DNA of 63,553 bases, filler included, from Octopus bimaculoides (lineage: Eukaryota): the NCBI RefSeq assembly GCF_001194135.2. It is 5 parts of 5 records of this genome, joined end to end, with 100 filler letters (N's around TTAATTAATTAA, not from the genome) between each part and the next. Parts side by side here need not be neighbours in the genome. Positions count along the whole stretch, not along the records: positions 31,237 to 53,294 come from NC_068988.1; 4 more parts are not named here. One strand, given 5' to 3'. The notes below the pieces were generated by a model, which was not told the DNA's origin, did not search any database, and saw only the letters and a program-made list of their open reading frames with translations. The translations under genes and the position numbers were made by a program. Positions 35,150 to 48,914 of the stretch are shown in pieces (positions within the stretch are counted from its first letter, which is position 1; each line of letters begins with the position of its first letter).

Positions 35150-36900
35150 AATACTTTGGAAGCTAGTAATTATTTAGTATAGTATATACATATTTTTGTG
35201 GGAGCATTTGATCTATTAAATTTTAGTAATCATAATATATACCTACCCAATCCCAGTAGTGAATCTATTCTATCACGATTAATATAAATATATTATTTGT
35301 TCCTAATGAGGTCTTAATTATAAAATATACGCTCTATGATCTGTTACTACCATACCTCAATCCTTGTTCTTTTGGTGCATTTTAAAAATATTTTCTTAAC
35401 CTATTTCTAATGATAAATTCAATTCTATTTTATCTCTACTCTAACCTGGTATACTTATGCCTTTTTCCATCTAGTATTAATAATTAATATTCTGATTATA
35501 ACTATTTATATAACAATTCCATTATAATATTTTCTTTATTTTCATTTTATATTAACCTATTTCCTTTTTATATATCTTAGTATAATACCTTTTATTGGCT
35601 TACTTTTACAAAATTTTTTTTAAAAGGAATTTTTTTAATATAACTTTTTTTAATGATGTTTTATTATAGCTTTTAGTATAATTCTTCTTTGAGATATTTT
35701 CTTATATTTCCTAATATATTTTATAAATCTTATCTTATATTCTTAATTCTTAAGATTTTATATACTCTTCATATATTTTTCATAATTTTTGTATGCTTTA
35801 TTAATACTTTCACAATTTTGAATTTTCTTTTCATATATCCCACTGTGTACTGTGAACCTAAAATTATATATTTTTTGCATATATATTAAATACTTTATGT
35901 TGTATATTTTCATACTTTTGCATATACATCCTTTAAATTTTTTATATTTTCTTATATTATATTCTATATTTATATTTGGTTATATTTTTATTTTGATCTT
36001 TTATTTCCTGATGTTTTAAAAGTTTTTATGGCATAAAAATTTGGTAGCAATTTATAATATTTAATTTTTTTCATAAAATTCTTTATATGCTGCAACCTTA
36101 TATCATCATATATTAAATTATATGTTATCCCCTTTAGTTATATCTGAAATTTCTTTCTGGGCTTTATATATAAATATATTTACATTTTGTTTTGACAGCA
36201 TTAGTAGACCAGGTAAAAACTTACTCCTTCAATTTAAATTTTTAAGAGGTATTCCTTTTAACAGTTCACTTTTTATTCCCTTTTCATATGACAATCAAAA
36301 TAAGCTTTATTAGCCATCTCTGTCCCCTCTTCTCTTTCTATTATCACCATTTCTCCTTCAGACATTCTCGTTTACCACTCCATGACCTACTCCTTTGGTG
36401 TTGATATAGCCAGGTGTAAAGTTCTATTTCCTCAGATAACTTCCTAAAGATCTAATTTTAGATGCTTTGAAGACTACATTCTCCCTATTGTCTTCACTGT
36501 TAATCGTTTTTTTATTTCGTATATTTTCATTTGTCTTGCCCTTTTACGGTCTGCTTGAGAACATATTCTTCATGGTTAGGTGATTTGGCATCTATTTCTA
36601 GCATATAAGAGTCCACTTTTGCTGGTCATTCCTCTTAATTTTGTATGTAATATAATTTTAATCTTCGGATTTTTTTAAATATGCTAGACCACTTGTTTTA
36701 ATTGATTAATATCAATTTCTACCCTTATTATTAAATTTTTAAAGTCTTCACTATGTAGATAACGGGGTCACTACTCTCATCACCCCCCACACTCTAGCCT
36801 ATGCTAGTTTCTGCCTCATCTGTCGATGTACTGGTTAAATATCTAACTTGTCCTTTATGCTTGAGGTTTATGTGGTCATCTGATGAGAACAATTTTCTTT
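35150..36900 (-). mobile_element. Possible highly degenerate AT-rich LINE (APE endonuclease region)
   Basis: Scattered minus-strand peptides KHQEIK, VFNIYA and VTDHRA occur in APE motif order; many stops. Confidence 0.35.
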
Positions 36901-37239
36901 GTAATGATGCAATGCTTTCATTGATCAATTAAAGGAGACACTTATACATCTTTGTTACATATTTATATATTACTCACCTACCCTGGAATCTCCACTTCTG
37001 AAGTATTTGGAGAGTATCTTTATATAAAGTACATGTCTGAACAAACAAGAGTGGATTTATTTACTAAGTTGGATCGTGCCATCTGCATACACTGCATGAA
37101 TATTGGGTTGAAAAAAATTATATGCAGAGTTTGAAACTCACCTAATATTTTTTCTGTGTTCAAATAAATTCATCCTAACTAAGCGTCTCAATTTAAGTGC
37201 CTAATTCAACTGAATCTAAATACATTAAATATATATATA

Positions 37240-37650
37240 TGAGAAGACCCGGCAAGCCAAGTAAGATCGTTGCCAGTGCCCCTGGACTGGTTCTTGTGCG
37301 GGTGGCACATGAGATGCACCATTTTGAGCGTGGCCGTTGCCAGTACCGCCTGACTGGCTCCTGTCGGATTTTCGAGCGAGATCGTTGCCAGTGCCCCTGG
37401 ACTGGCTTGTGCGGGTGGCACATAAAAGACACCATTTCGAGCGTGGCCGTTTCCGTGCGGGTGACACGTAAAAGCACCCACTACACTCTCTGAGTGGTTG
37501 GCGTTAGGAAGGGCATCCAGCTGTAGAAACTCTGCCAAATCAGACTGGAGCCTGGTGTTGCCATCCGATTTCACCAGTCCTCAGTCAAATCGTCCAACCC
37601 ATGCTAGCATGGAAAGCGGACGTTAAACGATGATGATGATGATGATGATG
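37240..37650 (+). mobile_element. RTE LINE 3' terminus (EKTRQAK-stop, internally repeated 3' UTR, (GAT)n tail). Shorter copies of the same tail at about 10612-10740(-), 41008-41192(-), 44517-44755(-), 47790-48070(+) and 60776-60960(-)
   Basis: Shared block aggaagggcatccagctgtagaaactctgccaaatcag...ccaacccatgctagcatggaaagcggacgttaaacgatgatg. Confidence 0.85.
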
Positions 37651-37769
37651 ATATATGTATGTATATATATGTATAATATGTATGTAAATGTATGTATGTT
37701 TTCCACCCTTATGTATCCATTCTTACTATAATTTGTATGTATACATATATATACATATAGACACACATG

Positions 37770-37815
<46 letters not shown>

Positions 37816-38883
37816 CGTGTATACCTGTTTTCTCCACAACACTCATAAATCTATGATTCTTGCAACTATGGCTTTATACTGCTGCTGCAATCATATGAGA
37901 ACAGAATCTGTATAATTTAATCTCTCTGTATTTCCAGTAACCTCCACCTCCTACTGGAACCACTTTCTTTTAAAATCCATCTATTATTCTCAGCATCATT
38001 ACATCCCACTCTATTTTCCATAGATCACCTCGTCCTGCACCTTCAGTTATCTCTCTTTTCTCTTTGTTACATCTTAAGAGTGCCATGCCTAATCTTTAAT
38101 ACCCTCTCATATATGCTATTATTTTCAACACTTCCATCTCTGTTACCGTACATCTCTCTCTATTTCTCTCTCTCCTTCCTACTCAATCTCCCAACCCTAC
38201 ACACCATCTTATTATTGTCTTATCTCTCTGCAGACTTTTTATACTGCCAATTTCCATCCTTCCTGTAGTTCTCTTTCTTGAACGACCCTCATATCTTCCA
38301 CCTCACCCCTGTCTTGATGTTTGCCATCGATCACATCCACACCCTTCTTCATTGTTCACCTCAACTTCATCTATAACTATCTATCACTCTCCTCTCACAC
38401 TCTTATAAACCTGCCCACTTCCCGATTCTCTGTCTACATAGTTTGTCTTATACTCACCTTCGTAATCCATCAAAGTATTCTGTGAAATGTTGTCACCACC
38501 ACCTTTGTTTTCCTTTCAGCTACTCCCACACTCACTTATATATTATGGGTAGGCATGTATCATCTCTACAGTAAGATACATATACCTGTCCCTCAAGCAT
38601 ATTTTTATCTATCACCACCTGAATTGAAGCCACCTCTCTCAATGCTACAGGTCCACTCCGTCAAGGGCAGTTGTCTTGCAAATTATTTAACAAAATCATT
38701 GGTGCTGGTATATAAAAAAAAGCTCCCAGTTCATAGTGTAAATTGACTGGCATTAGGAAGGGCATTGAGCTATAGAAACCATGCTAAACTAGCCTTTGCA
38801 GCTAAACCCAGCCCTTTGGTTTGTTGGATCCAGTCCAACCATCCAATGTAGGACAGTAAGGAATATGGACATTATGTGATGAT

Positions 38884-38893
38884 GAACATCATG

Positions 38894-38924
<31 letters not shown>

Positions 38925-39050
38925 TGTATGTATGCATGCATGCGTGTACGTATGAATGTATGTATGTATGTATGCATGTACATTTGAATGTATGCATGTA
39001 TGTATGTATGTATGTATGTATGTATGTATGTACGTATGTATGTATGTATC
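38884..39050. repeat. (TATG)n microsatellite. Other long tracts: (GATA)n 40964-41008 and 43855-43900, (GAA/GGA)n 45360-45445, (TTA)n 52496-52545, (TCT)n 52778-52833, (CA)/(TA) 53510-54560, (CAC)n-rich 54630-54810, 55520-55590 and 59580-59800
   Basis: Directly visible simple repeats; these produce most of the low-complexity ORFs in the track. Confidence 0.95.
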
Positions 39051-40560
39051 ATCCTCATTTAATGCCCATTTTCCGTGCTGGCAAGGGTTCGACAATTTGA
39101 CCAGAGTTGGCAATCTGGAAAAGTGCACCAGGTTCCCGTCTGATTTGGCTTGGTTTCTACAGCTGGCTGCTCTTCCTAACACCAACCACTTTACAGAATG
39201 CACTGGGTGCTTTTTACATGGCACCATTTCGGGTGATTTTATGTGGCACCAGTACTGGCCAATCTTTTTCAGAAGGGAGAAAGGAATTAACAGTTCTACT
39301 GTAGAGGACAGGTCTTCTTGAATGCACCAAGGCACCAGATATCTTAGTCCATTGTCCTCTCCATCATAACGCTCATTATCCTTAGATCACCCTTCAGTAC
39401 TTCATCCCATGTCTTCTCGGATCTTCCTCTTCCATGAGTTTCCTCCACTTTGAGTGATTAATACTTCTTTATGGAGCAATCTACATCCATTTGTACCACA
39501 TGACCAAATCAGTGCAGTCTTATTTCTTGCACACTGCATCTAATTCCTCTTCTCTCAACACACTAGCACTCTATTGCACATATACACTTACATTGCACAC
39601 CCAGCGGAGCATGCTAGCCACATTCCTCTCTAGCCCTCACATGTCCTCTGCATTTAGGGTCCATATCTCACTACCACATAGAATTGCTTTTCGTATACAT
39701 GCATCATAATCTTTGGTTACCAACAGAGGTAAAAGCTCTCTGAAGTTTTTACATACTAATCTTATTCTTGCTATTACACTTTCGTACATCCTCCCCCACT
39801 ACTAATTTGGTCCCAAGTACCTGTAATTTTTATGGTTCCTGTGCATCTTCCACTTCTGAACACTACTTTCTCTGATTACCTTCTAATTACTCTTGTGTGT
39901 ACATAGCTTGCTCTGGGTACCCTGAATGAACTTCCTGCCTACACCTTTCCTACATATTGAAAAGGGACATTTACTTGAAGGGAGTCGAGTCATGTCTGTT
40001 TTCTTGCTTACTGAAACATTAGTGTTTGCTAAGTTAATATTACGGCCCTTAAATTCCAGGTTTTGCTTCCGCACCTGGAATTATTTTCCTAGCTCCGATG
40101 CAGAATCTGCAATAAGAGCAAGATTATCAGCACATAGCAGTTCCCAGGGGCAGCCTGTTTAGAATTCCTCTGTTATGACCTGAAGGACAATGATGAAAAG
40201 GATGGGACTGAGGACTGAACCCAGATGTACACCTACCTGTACACCAAATTTTTTCCTGTGCTCTCATCTTACTAACAGCATCTCTGTACATGGCCTGAAC
40301 AGTTTTCACAAACCACTTGTCTGCTTCTAGACTCCTCAGTGCCCGCTATATCACATAGTGGGAAACTCTATCAAAGGCTTCTCTAGATCAACAGACACCA
40401 AGTATAATAGCTCATTCTTAGCTAAATATTTCTTTTGCACTTGCCTGACTATAAAAATAGCATCAGTAATGCTTCTCCTCAGGGCAAGGCCAAACTGTTT
40501 TTCATCTAGCCTAATTTGGTTTCTAATTAATTGGGTTAGACAGAAAGAAATGAAGAAATT
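39045..40560 (-). mobile_element. Degenerate RTE-clade LINE (RT remnant, C-terminus, 3' UTR)
   Basis: QFG...TDAIFIVRQVQKKYLAKNELLYLVSVDLEK and VQAMYRDAVSK remnants, FGHVVQ near 39495, and the RTE tail near 39050. Confidence 0.8.
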
Positions 40561-40966
40561 CTCTCTTAATTTATTTTCATACAAGTAGAGAAACTTTTCA
40601 AAGGAAATAAACAAAGTGGAATAAAATAAAATATTGCCAATATCCTATTTTATTTAACTTTATTTCATTCTGGTTCATTTCATTTCCTTGAAACATTTGA
40701 AAATGTTCTTTACCTATGTATAAATAAATTAATGAACAATTCTTTAATTTCTTCCATTATTATTATTATTATTCCTGATATATATATACTTGAATGCATG
40801 TGTATATATAGTGAGAATTTACAAAAAAAAAAAAAAAAAAAAAGACAAAGACGGGTGTGTAAACAGCAAATTCAGTCCCACAGTATGGCCACAATCTAAT
40901 GACTGAAGCGAGTAAAAGGAAAGATAAAAAAGGTATATATGCATATGCATACACACACACACACAT

Positions 40967-41008
<42 letters not shown>

Positions 41009-41876
41009 CATCATCATCATCATCATTTAACGTCTGCTTTCCACGCTAGCATGGGTTGGACGATTTGACTGAGGACTGGTGAAACCGAATGGCTACACCA
41101 GGCTCGAATCTGATTTGGCAGAGTTTCTACAGCTGGATGCCCTTCCTAACACCAACCACTCCGAGAGTGTAGTGGGTGCTTTTACATGCCACCGTATCAG
41201 ATAGATAGATAAATAGGATCATTTGTGTAGGGTTGGAATGTGTGTATGGGTTTTATATGTGAATGGCTTTTGGGGTGTGTGGCGGGGTGTCCAAAGAATT
41301 AAACCCTTATTTTGATGTTTATGTATCTGTGTATTCGTCTTTGTATTCATTGGCTAAATTCTTTGCTGCGTCCTCAGGATATGACAGTAGGTGGATCAGA
41401 GGTGGAGAACATAGTGATTATGGGTCATGATGCATCCCGTAAATATGATAAAATATACCTTCTTTCTTCATGTGAACAGGGCTAAACTCTCACTTCTGTA
41501 GTTTAGGTAGATGTCCAAGTGCTAAAATTTTTTGATATATTTTTATTTTCCTCAGCTAAATATAATGTACCTTTTCTAACACTATTAAAATACTCCTTGC
41601 ACTTCATGTTGTAGTTCATGGTTATTTCCGTTTACAAGCATACGTGCCTGGCCAGGTCTGTGGCATTTTGTCTCTAGGAGATACTGAAGGAGGAGTTATG
41701 GTTATTGAATCTTGTTCTGAAGGAACCTTCTTCTTCTGTCGCATACAACATACTTTCACATGCTTGGCTGCCCATTTGGGTCTTTTGATGTTACCTCTAC
41801 CACATACATGACCGTTTCCATGTTACAGTGGTTGTTAATAGGACATGTGGTGTTACCACTACATAAGCAATATATA

Positions 41877-41919
<43 letters not shown>

Positions 41920-42180
41920 ATAAAGTAAGTTACTTAAAATATTTTTGTCACATATTTCAATTTCTGAGGGTAAATTCACTGCAGACAGTCACATCAGCGA
42001 GGGTTGTTTAAAAACAATAAGGATTTCATGAAATGCTGGGTGATGTCAATATCTCAGTCATGTATGATTATATATTCTGTGGCAAAACCAAATGTTTTAT
42101 GCAACTGAGTTCTTGTCATAGATAGGTAAAAGTCTGAAGTATCAAAACTGAGTAAATCTACTATTATATGTTAAGATTAT

Positions 42181-42596
42181 CTCTTACTCTTTTACTTGTT
42201 TCAGTCATTTAACTGCGGCCATGCTAGAGCACCGCCTTTAGTCGAGCAAATCACCCCCAGGACTTATTCTTTGTAAGCCTAGTACTTATTCTATTGGTCT
42301 CTTTTGCCGAACCGCTAAGTTACGGGGACGTAAACACACCAGCATCGGTTGTCAAGCGATGTTGGGGGGACAAATACAGACACACAAACACACACACTCA
42401 CACACACACACATATATATATACATATATATGCAATGGGCTTCTTTCAGTTTCCTTCTACCAAATCCACTCACAAGGCTTTGGTCAGCCCGAGGCTATAG
42501 TTGAAGACACTTGCCCAAGGTGTCACGCAGTGGGACTGAACCCAAAACCATGTGGTTGGTAAGCAAGCTACTTACTACACAGCCACTCCTGCGTCT
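42181..42596 (-). mobile_element. SINE family A copy, inverted
   Basis: Reverse complement of the family A consensus from end to end. Confidence 0.9.
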
Positions 42597-42624
42597 ACAG
42601 ATTTTCTATAAAAATTTTTTTCTG

Positions 42625-42812
42625 TTCTTGGCACAAGGCCCGAAATTTTGGGGAAGGGGACCAGTCGATTAGATCAACTGGTACTTAATTTATCGACCCT
42701 GAAAGGATGAAAGGAAAAATTGATCTCGGCGGAATTTGAACTCAGAATGTAATGACAGATGAAATATTGCTAAGCATTTCGTCCAGTGTGCTAACGTTTC
42801 TGCCAGCTCACC
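42625..42812 (-). mobile_element. SINE family C copy, inverted
   Basis: Reverse complement of the family C consensus. Confidence 0.8.
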
Positions 42813-43654
42813 ACTTTAATTTTCTACAGAAATTATAGCCACCACTGATTTTGTTACAACGTTTTGTGTCCAAGATGTCTGATGTAAACAACAATGAGTT
42901 CAAAAATGAAAAGTCGGTAATGGGCATATATGACATATTTCAGGAGTATTTCCTCCATCATCAATACCCATTCAACCCATTAATCATCCATGAACACATT
43001 GCTTAAATAGTCACTAAATTATAATCAATACCGATTTTGTTACAGATCATTAGTATTTACATAACAGCTTCCAGGATTGGCTTAATATGTAAAGTTGATA
43101 AATCGAATAATGTTACACTGCTATATTTACTGCCTATTTAAGCAATGAGTTCATGTATGATTAATGAGTTGGCTTGATGAAAAAGAAAAACTCCTGACAT
43201 ATAGCGTATATACCCATTTTTCATCTTTGACCTCATTGTAATTTACATCAGGCATCTCAAATATGAAATGTAACAAAATCAGTGCAGGCTACAATTTCCA
43301 TAACAAGTGGTGTAATAGCACTGCTAACACAGTAGAACACAGTATTGACTTATAAAAACGTTTAATATACTTTGTAGTATATTATGTTTGCATAACGAAA
43401 TATGGTACCCCTACAGGTCATTAATACCCATAGTTATGTTTATTGCAAATACTTTAAAACCTGTCAATAACAGATATGCTGTTGTTTCATAAAGGGAGCT
43501 CTATAATAGTTCTTACCCTGAGTAAAATACTATCTTAAATATTTTACTAATGATCCCAAAAAGGGATCATTAGTTTTTGTTGTTTTATTAAGCTTACAGT
43601 CTCCCTTACCTTTTGTCTCAGATAAATTCAAACACCTTAAGTTCATTATTTAAT

Positions 43655-43817
43655 GACAGGAGTGGCTGTGTGGTAAGCAGCTTACTTACCAACCACATGG
43701 TTCCGGGTTCATTCCCACTGCATGGCACCTTGGACAAGTGTCTCCTACTATAGCCTCAGGCCGACCAAAGCCTTGTGAGTGGATTTGGTTGACGGGAACT
43801 TAAAGAAGCCCATCATA

Positions 43818-43851
<34 letters not shown>

Positions 43852-43854
43852 CAT

Positions 43855-43900
<46 letters not shown>

Positions 43901-44135
43901 GTGTGTGTGTGTATGTGTACATGTTTGTGTGTCTGTGTTTGTCCCCCAGCATCGCTTGACAACCGATGGTGGTGTGTTTACGTCCCCGTATCTTAGCGGT
44001 TCAGCAAAAGAGACCGATAGAATAAATACTAGGCTTCCAGAGAATAAGTCCTGGGCTCGATTTGCTCTACTACAGGCGGTGCTCCAGCATGGCTGCAGTC
44101 AAATGACTGAAACAAGTAAAAGAGTAAAAGAGAGA
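43655..44135 (+). mobile_element. SINE family A copy with expanded (TA)n/(GATA)n core
   Basis: Full head and tail present. Confidence 0.9.
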
Positions 44136-46221
44136 AAGAGAAAGAGTATCCCTATTTCTCCCTTATTCTCAATTCCTTTCTCTATCCATATTCTTTCCAA
44201 ATTACATTTTGAAAAGTAATAATTGTCAGGTCGTTTTAAAATGTGAAGATATAAAGACAGGGAGAATGTTGAATATACAGAATTCAATATTGTAAGAAGA
44301 GCACCAACAGCTGGAAAGAAACATTGGGAAAGACAGTGAGAAATTTAGAAAATCCTCAAACCAGTTTAAGGTAGATTCAGCATGAAAGAAAACAATGAGA
44401 CACAGAGAAAAGGTGCGATATACTCATTAAAGAATAGATATCTCTACACACAAGACACATGGACCAAAACATAAATACTACTTAAATGTTTTGTCATTTT
44501 GCTAATACTTGGATATCATCATCATCATGTAACGTCCGCTTTCCATGCTAGCATGGGTTGGATGATTTGACTGAGAACTGACAAGCCAGAAGGCTGCACC
44601 AGGCTCCAATCTGATCTGGCAGAGTTTCTACAGCTGGATGCCCTTCCTAATGCCAACCACTCCCAGAGTGTAGTGGGTGCTTTTACATGCCACCGGCACG
44701 AGGGCCACTCACACGGTACTGGCAATGGTCATGCTCAGAAAGGTATTTTTTATGCGCTACCTGCACAGGAGCTAGTCCATACATATATATGTATATAATC
44801 CAATTTAATTCACAAAATATACTAACAAAGTATGATTTATATATGATGGCATATTTTTGAAAGGAGCAGAAATTAAAACATTTTTATACAATATAATTTA
44901 GTTGGTGAAATATCTTGTTCTTATTTTACATGTAGACAATTCTTAAGTCTGGTAGTATTTTAAGAAATAATGAGCTAGAAAATCTATATATTTTAAAAAA
45001 TAACTAATCCTGTATATGTAAATATGACTGTTTATTTGTGTAAATGTGTAAATTGTATGTATACAGGAGTCTATTTGTGTAATCATTTATTTTGTCATTG
45101 TAAGCTCTGCTGACGTTGAATGAGACATCCACCTGGGAAACTTAATGCAGTGATTCTACATGGTAGAAATAGTAGCTAAATTGCAGTCTTATCTAACAAG
45201 TGGAGTAGCCACATATATTATTCACCCATTACAATGAATGTCCAATGTAAGGGTTGCAGCAAATATATCCAACAATTTACCCTGACAATATATCTATATC
45301 CACATTTAAACAAAGCCTAAATTGAGAGAGAGAAAGAAAGAGAGAGGGGGGTGCAAGGAAGAAGAAGAAGGAGGAGGAGGAGGAGGAGAAGAAGAAGAAG
45401 AAGAAGGAGAAGAAGAAGAAGAAGAAGAAGAAGAAGAAGAAGAAGAATTTATTTATATTAGCCATATTGGCTGCAAGAAATATAGGGTATTGCATTGGGA
45501 GAAAAATAAACTGTGAAGTGTGGAAGAAACATTTACAAAATACAAAAGAGAGGGGGTAAGAGGTATTAGACAATATATGAAAGGATATATTGAGATTTTA
45601 AAAGTATATGCATACACACACACATATATATACATGCAAGCATATATACTTACACACACAGACATTCACACATCCTTCATGGAATTATGTAAAAAAATAT
45701 TAAAATGGTGGATAAAGCAAGACAAAATTAAACAGGAATAAAACAGGAAAGATTACTGATTAGATTGAGTTAGCATACCCATGACCCTGTTTATTTAACC
45801 ATATCTTAAATTATGTATAAGTACAGCTGAGAGCAGATTTGATTATTCTTAGAGACATTTGATGCTGAAAAACTCCATCTTGAAGGTATTGTCTCGTAAG
45901 TCTGGCACTAAGGAACATAAATCTTAAATTAACCCAATCTCAGTTTGTTTCATCATCTTCTTTCACAGCAACCACAAAATGGATGGGTCTTTTCACCACC
46001 AACAAGAGAGAGTCACTATATTTTCTGCCATAACTTCCAACTCTGACAAGCATGGGTTACATAATTGGGCTGTTACCTAACATCCCTTTTAACTCCCAGT
46101 GTGAAACCAATTAGTAAGGCTGGATGTAATGGATATATAAAACTTTACACTTTGATTAATATACCCACTCTATTGACAAACGTATGCGAGCATACTTTTC
46201 CTGACTTATGGATTGTTAGAG

Positions 46222-46263
<42 letters not shown>

Positions 46264-47449
46264 NNNNNNNNNNNNNNNNNNNNNNNNNNNNNNNNNNNNN
46301 NNNNNNNNNNNNNNNNNNNNNNNNNNNNNNNNNNNNNNNNNNNNNNNNNNNNNNNNNNNNNNNNNNNNNNNNNNNNNNNNNNNNNNNNNNNNNNNNNNNN
46401 NNNNNNNNNNNNNNNNNNNNNNNNNNNNNNNNNNNNNNNNNNNNNNNNNNNNNNNNNNNNNNNNNNNNNNNNNNNNNNNNNNNNNNNNNNNNNNNNNNNN
46501 NNNNNNNNNNNNNNNNNNNNNNNNNNNNNNNNNNNNNNNNNNNNNNNNNNNNNNNNNNNNNNNNNNNNNNNNNNNNNNNNNNNNNNNNNNNNNNNNNNNN
46601 NNNNNNNNNNNNNNNNNNNNNNNNNNNNNNNNNNNNNNNNNNNNNNNNNNNNNNNNNNNNNNNNNNNNNNNNNNNNNNNNNNNNNNNNNNNNNNNNNNNN
46701 NNNNNNNNNNNNNNNNNNNNNNNNNNNNNNNNNNNNNNNNNNNNNNNNNNNNNNNNNNNNNNNNNNNNNNNNNNNNNNNNNNNNNNNNNNNNNNNNNNNN
46801 NNNNNNNNNNNNNNNNNTATATATATATATATATATATATATTTATACATATATCTGACTGTGGTTGCTGAGTCTTATGAAACCCAATGACCCGATTTAA
46901 TGTGGTGGTCGATATCTCTTTTATATGTTCTGGATTATGAGGGTGCTGTCAAGGTATTGAGTTTGCTAGCCTCAAAAAGCATGACTTTAACTGAACACAA
47001 CTCTGGGCCTACATCACTCGGCTCATTAGTAAATATATGACATTTCACCAACCATCCAACTTTTCTTCATTGGAACTCAATATCTTCTGAGGTTATGAAT
47101 ATGGCAATACATTGTTATTAAACCTTCCAATAATGTTAGTACTGTTGTAGTTTGGTGATCCAATCTCTATAGACAAGAAGCATCTACTATTTCAATAGCT
47201 CTGTCTCCTACAGCAAGTTCCAAAACAATTTCACAAGTCACAACCAGAAACAAGTATCTACCACAGAGTATGAACTTACCTTTTCCAGCTTACCCTAAAA
47301 TTCCACTATTTATAGTTAGAGCCTGGAATGCACTAAATCTGAGCTCTACAGTAGACAGAAGACTACTAACCAGTCCAATTTGCCAATTGCCTGATTCGTT
47401 AGCTAACATGTGGCTGCATATGAATGTGGATTGTTTTCAGATCCTTGTT

Positions 47450-48530
47450 TGTTATCTTCTTTTTAATGGCTTCTCTAATGGTTTTGAATGTCTTGCAGTT
47501 CATAGTTAAGGAAATCAAGGTGAACGACACCATTGTCATCTCCCAAAATAGCCACTATGACTTTCTGCACCAGTCCCAGTTTCTTATACTTCTTCGGCCC
47601 TGGAGAAGAGGTAAGATACCATTCTACCAACAGAGTGTTTATTTTGGATTTATAAAGATATGGCACCAGCACAGGACACTTGCAAGCCAATCCTCTTCCT
47701 CAGGGGATGTGGCCTTAACACTTCTGCTGTGAAGGACGGGTCTTCTGTATTCAAGAAGACTGTCCTTCACAGTTAAAGTGTTAAAGCTACATCTTCTGGT
47801 GAAGAGGATTGGCCAGCAAGAGTCCTGTGTCGGTGCCACATAAAAAGTACTTGTGCCAGTTCCGCATAAGTGTGCTCTTCCCAATGCCATGTTAAAAGCA
47901 CCCATCACACCTTGTAAAGTGGTTGGTGTTAAGAAGGGCATCTAGCCATAGAAACCAAGAAAAATCAGATGGGAACCTAGTGCAGCTCTCTAGCTTGCCA
48001 GCTCTGATCAAACCGTCCAACCCATGCCAGCATGGAAAACAGGCGTTAAAGGAAGAGCATGATGATGATAAGATCCACATCACTTGACTGAAATTAAAAG
48101 ATGCGTTTTCATCCATTTCAAACACTCCCACTAGATCACAACAGTTTTTAAGCTTCCTCTTTTTGAAACCAAGTGTCATCTGCTGAAGTACTCACTTCTC
48201 ACACCTTCCAGCACCCAAAGTTTTCCACCAATCTTCTGTAAGGAATTGTGACCACAGTCAATTTGTGCAGCAATCTCAGGGATTATGATACACCGCTCTG
48301 CATGAATTGATTCAGTTATTTGCTGGTGATTCATCTGTGTATTTGCAGTTGATTGTCTTCCACCGTATGATTTGTCTTCAATGCTGTTTTTTCCTACATC
48401 TGTACCCATTACTTTAATCAGTAGCGTCATATTTGTAAACCATCTAATACTTTCTGTGGATATCAGACAGCCTGTGCCAAACCTTTGTCAAATACTCAAT
48501 GATAGCACCTTGCTTCTGCTTGAAATTTAT
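47450..48530 (-). mobile_element. Mariner-type DNA transposon relic interrupted by an RTE 3' end
   Basis: AIIEYL...SDIHRK (N-terminus), SIEDKSYGGRQSTA...ITESIHAERCIIIPEIAAQI (HTH) and KKYKK...KVIVAILGDDNGVVHLDFL (catalytic region) lie in transposase order. Confidence 0.75.
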
Positions 48531-48879
48531 TATTTTCTTGCAATGAAGATCAGGAAAAAGGAGTAGAAGAAGAGTTACTCTATCAACATGTGCAATTTGA
48601 ATTACTTATGTCAGTTAATAAAAAGTTATGCCCACTTTTCTATTAGTTACAGTTCAACCTTAATTTGTAGATGCGTGTAATGTGTGTGTGTAATGTGTGT
48701 GTGTGAGTGTGTGTGTGTGAGTGTATGCATGTGTATGTATATGTGTGTGTATATATATATATATATGTATATATGCACACACACACACATATATATACAT
48801 ATGTATATATTAACAGTAAGCATATGTATATATGTATATATACGTATGTCTATATCTATCTATCTATCTATCTAACTAA

Positions 48880-48914
<35 letters not shown>

